A DNA stretch of 64,000 nt, taken from NCBI GenBank assembly GCA_946965045.2, contig OX337229.1:2542001-2606000 (forward strand), in the 5' to 3' direction. The notes under the pieces are model-generated. The model had not been told where the DNA came from and did not search any database. It saw nothing but the letters and a program-made list of their open reading frames with translations. The number at the start of each line of letters is the position of its first letter. Position 1 is the first letter of the stretch. The DNA is from Epithemia pelagica (Eukaryota > Protista > Bacillariophyta). Both the position numbers and the translations under genes were made by a program. This document shows positions 32,200 to 43,100 of the stretch, piece by piece.

Positions 32200-32778
32200 T
32201 TTAAGTTTTATTGCGTTTTGTTTCTGGTTTTTTGGGCTGATACAAAAAGTTGTGCCTATGCGAACCATATAACTTTGTCGTTCTCTTTTTTTATGATTGC
32301 GTCTATGACGGACGAGTTTTTCATAGTGGGCGTAAGGGGGAAAAGTGCCGGAAATTCGGACGTGCTATAGCCCCTTTTTGGAGTTCGCTTTCTGGGTTCG
32401 CGTTATAGACATCCACTCCAAACCATCTTGATGCTCACAATGGCCTGTGAGCCCTCAAGTTTGGCGTCATTGATCACTTCGGATTTCGGGATGGTGCTTA
32501 TGATTGACCCGAAGAGAGAGAAATTTTCATAGGCCCACGATCCGTTTCCTTAGTTCCCACAGTCACTCCAGTCGCAGTACCCTCGACTGTTTGTCTATCA
32601 AGTCTCGGGACAAGGACGTGTGTACACACAATATCCTTTCTACTATATCTCTTTCAATATGGACGGACCATGAATGCACCAGCTCCAAATTCTACTCTCT
32701 ATATGTGACTTGGTATATGCATCCATTCGGCTTCACTCGTGACCATGAAGAGAATCACCGACGCTGCTGATTCATCCA

Positions 32779-35187
32779 TCAACATTCTTTTACCAATTGC
32801 TGAATCTCCGCTTCCAAAAAGTTTTTGAAAATGTTGGCATCCTCAATGGTGGGTGTAATCTTGTATTCTTCTCCATTGGCAATTTTGGACATGGTTCCAC
32901 GCAAAATCTTTCCCGATCGCGTTTTGGGCAAGGCCTTGACAGCCTTGACCTTTTTAAAGGCTGCCACGGGACCCAATTCTTGACGTACCAAATCAACCAG
33001 TTCGTTCCGCAACTGCGCTTCACCAATGGTACTGGTCTGATTCAGAACCACCAAACCGACCGGAACTTCTCCCTTGACGGCATCCTTGACGGGGAAAATG
33101 GCACAATCGGCGACATCGTCATGACCCATGATGATTTCCTCCATGGCACCCGTACTCAGTCGATGACCGGCAGTATTAATGACATCATCGACTCGTCCCA
33201 CAATGTGAATGTATCCATCCTCATCAAAAAAGGCCGCATCCGAGGTATCATAGTATCCGGGAAACTTGGTCATGTACGATTTCACAAAGCGCTCCTCATT
33301 GTTGTACAGTGTCTGAAAGGTTCCGGGTGGTAGAGGAAGTTTCAAGGCCAAACTACCCAATTCTCGGGGTGTTGTCACTTCTTGTCCCGCATCATTCAAG
33401 ATATGGACATTGTAGCCCGGTGCTGGTCCAGTACAGGCACCATAGCGTGCCGGAATCCGTCCCAATCCAACGGCATTGCCCATGGCAGGTCCTCCCAATT
33501 CGGTTTGCCACCAATGATCAATTGGTTCCTGGACAGTTCCATAGTTGCGCAAGGCATGTTGACAAAAGTGCAAGGTATCGGGATCCGAATGTTCCCCTGC
33601 CAAAAACAAGGTTTGGAGGGAACTCAAATCGTATTGGTCCGCCAAGGCTGCGGTTGGATCCGCCTGTTTAATCGCTCGAAAGGCAGTGGGGGCCACAAAA
33701 AAGGTATTGACGCCGTCTGCACATATGGTATTCAAAGGCAAAACCGGTTGTTGAGAACGTCGGTCCCGTTGGTCCTTTGTCCACTCTGGACTCAAAAGAA
33801 CACAGCGCAAAATGACACACACACATCAACACTTACATTCTTCAATGACTCGCCAAAAGGCTCCGGCATTGGGTGTTCCGACCGGTTTGCCTTCGTACAT
33901 CACGGTGGTACATCCCTGCAAGAGGGGTGCATAGACGGACAAGTGTCCCACGGTCCATCCAATGTCACTGGCCGCCCAATACACTTGTCCGGGATGGGTA
34001 TTGTAAAACCGTCCCATGGCATATTTCAAGGCCACGGCCCATCCTCCCGTATCCCGCACCACACCCTTGGGCACACCGGTCGTTCCCGATGTGTACAAAA
34101 TGTGATGACTGTGCGTCGACGGCAAGGCCACGGCTTGGTGGATCGCCGTTTGTTGTTGTTGTTGTTTCAACAACAAGGCATGATAATCCAAATCCTTGGG
34201 TCCCATGTCACAGCGTTGGACATTGTCTCGTTGGACAATAATGGTATTTTGAACCTCAAGTGGTTCTGCACTAGTCTCATTGTCACTGGTCGTTGTGGTT
34301 GGTGTGGTGGCGGCCAATTGCAAGGCTTCTTCAAGCAGTGGTTTGTAGGGGACAATTCGTGTGGGTTCGACTCCCACCGAGGCGGTGACAATGAGTTTGG
34401 GACGACAATCGGCAATGCGACTGGCCAATTCCTTGGCGGCAAATCCTCCAAACACAACCGAATGAATGGCTCCAATCCGACTGCAAGCCAACATGGTGAC
34501 AATGGCTTCGGGAATCATGGGCATGTAAATCACGACACGGTCCCCGACTTGAACGCCCAAGTCGTTTTGCAAGACGTGCGAAAAGGTCGATACTTCCTCC
34601 AAGAGTTGTCGGTAGGTATATCGTTTCTTGACATTGGTGACGGGCGAATCGTAAATCAAGGCATCTTGATTGCCCCGTCCCTTTTGCACATGAACATCCA
34701 AACAATTGTAGGACAAGTTGAGTTTGCCATTGGGGAACCATTCCGTCGACCAGGGTTTGTCGTCTTTGTCGTTGTTGTCGTTCTTGTACTGCAAAATGGT
34801 GGTCGGTGTTTCGTGCCAGTCCAACAAGGTGGCGGCTCGTTGCCAAAAGGCGTGGGGATCTTGAATCGATGCCGCATATTCATCCGAATATTTGCCATAG
34901 GGACCACGGGCCAAGGTCCGATCGACATCGGCCGTTATCATGCGACGGCGACCACCGTCATTCCACGGCAACGAAACGGAAGAAGCACCAACCATGTGTC
35001 GTGATTTCTCGTTGGTTTCTTGCGGCTGCGGCGGCTTGCGGTCGACGACAAGATTCCGTCCCTGATCATGGCTGCACGTCCAAAACGAAAGATATCGATG
35101 CTGCTCCAATGCGGTCATGGAGTAACGTCCTCCTCGTAGGAGTGGCATACGCATCATTCGTGTCGTCGTCGTCGTCATCCTCATCAT
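32779..35187 (-). CDS. ACSS3/PrpE-like acyl-CoA synthetase copy 3
   Basis: It has the same motifs as copy 2 (YTSGTTGVPKG, DHWWQTE, GKILRG) and an intron at 33717-33836 in the same codon. The N-terminus is Arg/Thr-rich, resembling a mitochondrial presequence; the exact start is uncertain. Confidence 0.92.
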
Positions 35188-35784
35188 GGTCAATCCACAA
35201 CCCAACAAGATACCTTTTTGCGTACAATGAAAGCAAAACTTTGAATCTTTTTTTGGCAAAACACCAACAAGAGGAGGACAATGAATCCGTGGATCTTCGA
35301 GATTGTTATTGTCGTCCGTTCGTAGACTGCTGTTGCTGTTGCTGCTTCACCGATCCTCCTTGGTGTCAATTCTGTGGATGCTGCAATCTGCAAGTGTTGT
35401 TGTTGATATCCTTCTTGTGTGTCTTGTGTTGGTGAAGTGCAAAGAATTTTTGTGGATTCTTTGAAAGAGAAACTGTGGCTTCTCTGTTCTCGCGGGTAGA
35501 TCTTTTCGTTTCGGGACACCGCCTGGTGAAACCGCGACCAAAGGCGAACTTTCTCCCCCATCCGGGTTCTCCATTATCCGGGTTTCTTTACACGCGACCT
35601 AGAGGCTTTTGAGTCGCGCGGAACCACTCATTCATTCCACTTCGTCTCCGTTCGTCTCTTCTCTCTCATTTCAGTTTTGTGGCGCTTTAGTCGTCGTCTT
35701 TGGTTCGTCTCCTTGGTGCTGCCTTGCCTTGGAATCATCCTCCTGGTCCATCCTGGTCCACCATCTGGTTGTGACAACTACAAA

Positions 35785-35821
35785 GAAGAAGAAGAAGAAG
35801 AAGAAGAAGAAGAAGAAGAAG

Positions 35822-35850
<29 letters not shown>
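35785..35850 (+). repeat. Pure (GAA)22 microsatellite
   Basis: Uninterrupted GAA run ending 17 bp before the CCT7 ATG. Confidence 0.95.
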
Positions 35851-35852
<2 letters not shown>

Positions 35853-35867
35853 CGTCGTGACGACAAG

Positions 35868-37915
35868 ATGAATCAATTTGGAATGCGTCCTGGAATCATT
35901 TTGTTGCGAGAGGGTACAGATACCTCACAAGTACGTTTTCTCTCTCTTTGTCTCTGCGTGCAATTGTCATTATTGGTTTTGGTCTCATGTTGGTTCGATT
36001 GTTGTTGTTTTCTGTTCTTGTCGTTTTTTCTTGTAATTGGTCTTTCGTGGCTCTCTAGGGCAAACCGCAATTGATTTCCAACATTAATGCTTGTCAAGCC
36101 GTGGCCGATGCGGTTCGTACCACCTTGGGACCAGCGGGCCGCGACAAGCTCGTCGCCACCAATGGTGGCAAGGTGACGATTAGCAATGACGGTGCGACAA
36201 TCATGAAATTGTTGGAGATTGAACATGCGGCGGCCCGGACCTTGGTGGACATTTCCACCAGTCAAGATGCCGCCGTGGGCGATGGCACGACCTCCGTCGT
36301 CTTGTTGGCGGCTGAAGTCTTGACTCGTCTCAAACCCTTGATTGAAGAAGGCGTCCATCCCCAAACCATTTTAAAATATTTGCGACACGGTCAAGGCATT
36401 ATTTTGGAAACGCTGCAGGCCATGGCCGTTCATCCCACAAACAACAATAACAACAACAATCCGGATGCGACCAACTCGGCCTCCTCGACCGTCACATTGG
36501 ATGCCATGTTACTGCAAACGGCTCAAACAGCTCTCAATTCCAAACTCATTGCCAATCACAAGGATTTCTTTGCCCCCATGGTCGTACAAGCGGTCAAAAC
36601 CTTGTACGATTACGATCAGCAACAAACCACTGACACCGACAACCATAAAAGCAGTGGTGCCTCGGCCCTGGACAATGTCGGACAGTGGATTGCCGTCAAG
36701 CAAATTCCCGGTGGCGACGTGGGACAATCCTTTTTGGTCTTGGGGGGAGTGGCTTTTGCCAAAACCTTTTCGTATGCCGGCTTTGAACAAATGACCAAAA
36801 AATTTACCAACCCGAAACTCTTGCTGCTCAATGTCGAATTGGAACTCAAGGCGGAAAAAGAAAATGCCGAAGTCCGCATGACCGATCCGGCCGATTACCA
36901 ATCCATTGTGGAAGCGGAATGGCAAGTCATTTTGCAAAAACTTGACGCCTGTGTCGATTCGGGAGCCAATATTGTGCTGAGCAAATTGCCCATTGGGGAT
37001 TTGGCCACACAATATTTTGCCGATCGCGGCCTGTTTTGTGCCGGTCGGGTCCACGAGGCGGATTTGAAACGGGTCGCCCAAGCGACAGGAGCCGTCGTGC
37101 AAACGAGTACCAGTCAAGGATTTGACGCATCCGTCTTGGGGACGTGTGGGAGTTTTGAAGAAGTGGCCGTGGGCGATCAACGATTCAATGTCCTACGCGA
37201 GTGTCCTCCTCCCCAATTAACCTCCACGCTCTTGTTGCGAGGAGGGACGGAACAATTCATTGCCGAATCCGAACGGTCCGTCCACGATGCTCTCATGGTG
37301 GTGAAACGATGTTTGCAATCGCCCGCCATTGTCGCGGGAGGGGGCGCCGTGGAAATGGAATTGGCCCATGCCCTCTGGCATGCCGCCTTGAAAATGCCCG
37401 GCAAGGGACAAGCGGTATTGGAGGCCTTGGCCAAGGCCTTGGAAGTCATTCCCCGACAATTGTGTGACAATGCCGGCTTTGATTCCACCGATATTTTGGC
37501 CGCCCTGCGACGACAACATGCCACCAATCGCAGTACCACAACAACGACGCAGGACCCGGAACCCGCACCGCAACAACAACAGGCTCCAGGTTCGTGTTGG
37601 TACGGTGTCGATTTAATTGAGGGTGGTATTTGCGATACCATGGAGCGAGGAATTTGGGAACCGGCGGACAACAAACGACATGCCTTGACGGCTGCCCTGG
37701 AAGCCGCCATGGTGATTCTGAGCATTGATGAAACCGTCGTGGCACCACCCTCTCAAGATCCCGGGGCGGCTCCCACCGGTCTCATGAATCAACAAAACAA
37801 ACCCATGTCGAGCATGGTCAGCAGTGCCATGCAAACGGCGACATCCGGTGCCGGAGGGGCTCGGGCCGGCCAATTGGCACCCGGTGTCTCGTACATGAAA
37901 GGACGGGGAGGATAA
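35868..37915 (+). CDS. CCT7: Chaperonin CCT/TRiC subunit eta
   Basis: An intron at 35931-36058 joins LLREGTDTSQ|GKPQLISNINAC. Other motifs are TTLGPAGRDKL, GDGTTSVV, KTFSYAGFEQ, ELELKAEKENAE, IGDLATQYFADR and LRGGTEQFIAESERS. Confidence 0.95.
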
Positions 37916-38381
37916 ACATCTCTATACAAAAGCTGCAGACCAAGGGCAACTGCAAGCTTCAAATAAAAGCTTTTTTCCAACACCACCGCAAGCAATCACA
38001 GCTATTTACGTAATCGTTTCCTCTTACACCTGGTTTCTCCATTGCCTACTTTCAATCAAAATCCTAGGACTTTATAAAAGTCGCTCTTTCGTGTCTTTTG
38101 CGGGTATCCAAACTCGAAAGGGTATCAATACCGCAATCATGAGAGTACAGAGTTCCAACAGGAGTATAACGCGCTCAAACACGAGATGAAAGCCCTCGAA
38201 AAAGGAACCAATGAGCAATTCAAGAAAATCAGTGAAACGTGTCTAGAACTATGGATCGGATATTGGCGATCCATATGTAATAAATCATTCGTTGCAATTA
38301 TTCTCTCCGATGGGATTATTAGTTCAATCGTTCCCCGGCACATAAACGAATGACAGGGTCGTTGGTATGGACGGAGCAATG

Positions 38382-40455
38382 TCATAACAGAATTCCTCGC
38401 AAATAAAGCCGTCCGTGGATGCGGCTGGTAAGTTCCGCATTGGCTGCATTATTATTGTTTGTGTTGTTGATTTCAATGGTAGTGAGTCTACCATCGTTAT
38501 CAGTGTTATTTTCATCATCTTCTTGTCTCATCCAGGCAATCACCGGCGGAGCATCCGACGTCGTCGTCGTTCTTCTCGTCGTCTCATGGGGCGACGTGGT
38601 GGACGTGGCAAGGGTAAAGGTGGCTTCCATTCGAGCATCTTGATAATTGCCAATCTGCGCCAAGCAGACAATGGACAAGACAAAGTAAAGATTGAGTGAC
38701 ACAAGGCCCCATGCCATGCTGACACTGGATTCGTTCAACAAGGAGAACACAAGTGGTGGCAGCCACGACAAGGCCACGGCGGCAAGCATCATCATGCCCA
38801 TTAATTCCACTCGGGAATCGGTGGGCATGAGATTCATAAAGAGAGTGGTATCCACCGGAGGGAGCCAACCCAGTCCAATCCCCCATACGGCTGAAAAAAG
38901 CAGGGTTGGAAGACCCTTGTGTTGTGGTCCGGTTAACACCATGGACGCAAAGGTGGTGACAATGATGCATCCAACATCGCAAATAATTGCAGATTTGACC
39001 GGACTTTGCAGCCGGACGGTCGTAAAGGCTCCCAAATAGCTTCCCGGAATGCCCATGACAAAGACGAGCAAAAAGACCAAACCGATTTCACCGGATGACA
39101 TTTCCAACACAACCTTGAGGTATGTGGTGGCAATGGTCGCAAATCCAGATACCTGCAGAGAAAAAGAAAAACGAGATTCAACAAGGGATCTTGATGATAA
39201 GTCCGGTATTCGAATGAGCAGGACACTCCAAAAGAATAAATGAGATACGTACAGCCGCTTCTCCAAACATCATGGCCAAAATGGCCCATGACAAGGCACG
39301 ATGGTGTCGGACAATCCGACGGGACGTGTCCCACACTTTGGCAAACCCACACGACCATAAACTTTGACCGGCGGGTACCGTTCTCATGGCCGGTCGATTG
39401 CGAAAATAATACTTCCAGGCCACGACAAAACAAATCATGGAGGTGGAAGATGTCAAGATTTGACTCAATCGTGCCGTTCCCACATCATCCGAATCGTCCA
39501 ATACCATGGAAAGCAGGTAGATTAAAAACAAAAAGACCAGCATGGAGACATAAAGGACGACATTGAAAGAAGAGTTGTACTTTGCCTGTTGATTGGGATC
39601 GTTGGTGAGTTCTGATGTGTAGGCATAGGCTGTCGTGGCATGGACATTGTACAAAATGCCCGTCACCACTTGTAGGACGGCGACAAAGAACCAAGTATGG
39701 TGACCCACAATGACTTCCAAACCTTTCAACGCGGCCAAAACAATGCCTGAAATGGCCCCAACTTGACGGCGATAGGGTGTATGGTCCACGACAGCTCCTA
39801 CAAAAGGCATGGAAAGTGATCCCAACAAGCCGGATGCAATGGCTATATTGGTCAATAGGGAAGTGGGTCGAAAGCCATAAATCTTGCAATGAGAGGACAT
39901 TTCGTCATTGGTGAAAGAATCCTCGTCCGTAGGATCTGTGGAATCCAAACAACGTGAACCAGCCGCGGCTTGGGCCAATTCCAACAAGGCTGGCCCCAAG
40001 AACAATGAACTCATCAAAATGTGACCACGGGCATAAAAATCCAAGGATAAGCCAGTCGATTCGCTGGGTGCTGTGCGGTGGTGGTTGCGGCCACGACGAC
40101 GACGACAGCAGGGTGGTACCAAGGACATGCCAGGTGCATAAAGAGGAGAATGTTCCTGTGTTTCTCCCTCTGCTTGGTCTTCTTGTTGTGACAATTCACC
40201 GTCGAGAAACTCATCTTGTTCGTCTTTTTCCTCTTCTGGTTGTTGTTCACCGTCACACTCGTCGTAGTCTTCTTCTCCATCGGCACTTGATGTGACTTGA
40301 ACCATTGTCGTACTTCCGACGCGTGCTGCAGAGTCCTCCGTCTTTGTTGGAAGTACAGAAGGAGCTCTTGTTTCTTGGTGGTTGTTCCAAGTGCCCTGGT
40401 TTTGGTTCAAGCCATTGTCGTCGTCGGGGTCGAAACTGTCATCTGCCCGAAGCAT
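38382..40455 (-). CDS. MFS transporter, Atg22/UMF1-like (copy B)
   Basis: Paralog of copy A (STGLSLDFYARGHILMSSLFLGPALLELAQAAA, GAVVDHTPYRRQV). The intron at 39153-39252 is in the same position (EAA|VSGF). Confidence 0.85.
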
Positions 40456-41265
40456 TTTGACTCCTCGGTCTCTTTTGCTGGCTGACTCAATCCGTGTGGC
40501 AAACAAATTTCACGGCTTTCTCTCTCTTTATGGGCGACTTTATCTGGAGGCAGCCGCTGCTTTGTCATGCAACTGGATTCTTGCCTCTTCTCTACGAATG
40601 AAAATCCACACCATTGAGTGTTGAAAGCATGGCGCATGCAACATTTGAGCGACTGATACTGTAGTAGATGTCCCATCACAATAATGTACAAATGGGGAAT
40701 CTGTCGCGAAAGGCGAACGCGAGAAGAAACACTATACGAAGCAAGACCAACAATTAGAGAGTATGAGAGGGAGTATCACTAAGTATGTTGTCCACTTGCG
40801 AGTACAAGAGCCCAAACAAGATCAAATCTGAGGCGACCCAAAGGAATACTTACATTTCAACCAACGCATACCCAATCAAGCGCCGGTGGACATCTCTTTC
40901 GCTCCCACAAAGTCAGCATGTGAAACCTGCATGTAGAGGAACCAAAGGACGCCAGTCCCACCTGGAATGACAAATCACTTAGAAAGAAAAGTATAAAATA
41001 TGCGGGGACGAAATAATGTTGATTGCTTGCGAACAGTCGCAACCACGGATGACTCTGCGCTTTCATTCGCACTGGTGAACCTGTCGCGTTCTGTCGTACA
41101 GAATGCGCAACCACAACAGCACCAAGACAATCGATGGTGTCGTGCTCCCAGTCGCTCCATGTTTGGTTCCGTTGGGGACATCTCCACAACACACAAACTC
41201 GGTCTATAACTTGTGTGCAACCGAACCAACACAACACAATCATCATCATCATCATCATCATCACA

Positions 41266-42789
41266 ATGAGTACAACGAACAAGAACAACACACCTACCGC
41301 CACCACTGCACAAGGACCGCATCCAGAACGTAACGATACACAGAACCGAGTCCATTCTAACATACCAAGTGACCCTGAGATGGACGATATAGCACATGCC
41401 ATGCCTACAGTGTCCGTGACGCCCAAACATGATGATTCTTTGGATGACAATAGTATAAGCTCGACCACAATCCAGTGGTTTGTCAAACCCGACGATCTGC
41501 GTGAATTTCAAGTGCAATGGTCTATCTACACCATTAATTTGGTCGAGGCCTTGTTTACCACCTTTTTCTTTGACGAAACCAAATTTCCCTTTGTCACCAT
41601 TGCCGTCGTCATGACGTTTTTGCCTCTTTTGGATTCCTTTTGCAAATCTCTTGTGTATGTCACCAATACGCCCTGGGATGATTTTGTCATTGATCTTTTA
41701 TCGGAAGGTGCACAGGCTTGGATTTATCTCTACTTTTGCAATAATTCTCAGCCTGCCAAGGTGTGGATTCCCCTCTTTATGGGACTTCAAATAGCTTTGA
41801 CATGTGTCTTATACAGCGAACTCCTTTGTCCCAGTCGAGGCCATTGTCATAATGATACCAATCAAGACACGGATACTGCCGCCACCACCGTGGAACAAAG
41901 TGCCATTCCTTCTACGGAACGCAGTACGCGGCGTGGGATCCCGCGATCACCGCGGCCTGTGGAGGAATTGGATCGCAAGGCACAATTTACCGTCACCTTT
42001 GTGCACAAGTGTGTGTTGCCCTCGGTACTTGCCGTGTTTCTGGGAGTTGTCCCTATTTTGTACTTTTTTACGCAAGGCAATTCACCCTTTCATGACCTGC
42101 ACTTTCAGCTGGTCTTTGCCACGTATGCCTGGGTGGTGGAAAATGCGCAACGGGTCATTCATGAAGCCCTCTTTGAATTCGTTGTGGAACAATTGGCCGA
42201 GTATTCCAAAAAACAACAAGACGCAGGCCTTGGTACAATCGAACAGGGAGAAAACCAACCTTCCTCGGACACGGACACGGACGAGGAGGGCCCAATGAGA
42301 ATGGCAGAATCAGAAAGGAACAAGAGGATGACCCAAGCGCGCATGTCCTTTTCTTCTTCCATTGCATCAACAACCTCATCATTGCCGTCGCAACCGTCAC
42401 CGCCCTCGGTTTGGTTGTGTACAGGAACGACACGCGAAGATGCCGAATTGGTGGCCATGAGAAAGGGGTGGTTCCCCATTGTCGCGAATGTCATGGCCTA
42501 TGCAGCCATGTTGGTCTATGTATCCATCTTGTCATGGATGTGGTATTTCAATGACGACAACACCCGCGTCTATGACAGGGTTATTACCTTGATGAATATG
42601 GTCACCTGCGGTGTCATTGTCTTGTGCTGTATGTGTCATGGGTGTCTTCAATACATTGCCAGCACGACCGAACCACACGAACATTTTGGTTTGACCTTGT
42701 GCCTTTGTCTGACTTGCACGTTTTGTGTCTGCCTTGTACTGGCTGTCCTGCTTCCAACCATTTTGTTGCTTGGACCAAACAACAATTAA
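41266..42789 (+). CDS. Multi-pass membrane protein of unknown function
   Basis: Long ORF with about 8-9 hydrophobic segments and a Cys-rich C-terminal TM. Probable start is MSTTNK at 41266, after a (CAT)n tract. Confidence 0.65.
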   Translation: MSTTNKNNTPTATTAQGPHPERNDTQNRVHSNIPSDPEMDDIAHAMPTVSVTPKHDDSLDDNSISSTTIQWFVKPDDLREFQVQWSIYTINLVEALFTTFFFDETKFPFVTIAVVMTFLPLLDSFCKSLVYVTNTPWDDFVIDLLSEGAQAWIYLYFCNNSQPAKVWIPLFMGLQIALTCVLYSELLCPSRGHCHNDTNQDTDTAATTVEQSAIPSTERSTRRGIPRSPRPVEELDRKAQFTVTFVHKCVLPSVLAVFLGVVPILYFFTQGNSPFHDLHFQLVFATYAWVVENAQRVIHEALFEFVVEQLAEYSKKQQDAGLGTIEQGENQPSSDTDTDEEGPMRMAESERNKRMTQARMSFSSSIASTTSSLPSQPSPPSVWLCTGTTREDAELVAMRKGWFPIVANVMAYAAMLVYVSILSWMWYFNDDNTRVYDRVITLMNMVTCGVIVLCCMCHGCLQYIASTTEPHEHFGLTLCLCLTCTFCVCLVLAVLLPTILLLGPNNN

Positions 42790-43100
42790 GAACTGTAGTA
42801 GCGCTATTGCAGAATTTATGAACCTCCTTATAGTTCTTGTTGAGGTATGACTGAATTGTTGAGACAGGGTCGTTTATGGAGTAGCTGTTTGCCATGCCAA
42901 GTCCACGGTTGGAAACATACAACAACCAGCGCCAAAAAAATGGACGTATCGTTTGACCCTCAATCGCCGAGTCCTGGTCTGGTTCGTCTCGGCCGAGCGG
43001 GTTCTGCGACGAAAGACTCCACAGGTTCAGGGTTCCAATTCGTTCTCACCAGACCAGGGTCGACACTGCCAAATCGTCCAACTCTCTTCTTTGGCAATCA

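Noticed and set aside
33382-35004. Long antisense ORFs (for example 540 aa here, 510 aa at 43830-45362)
   Set aside because: These are shadow frames opposite real genes and have no motifs.
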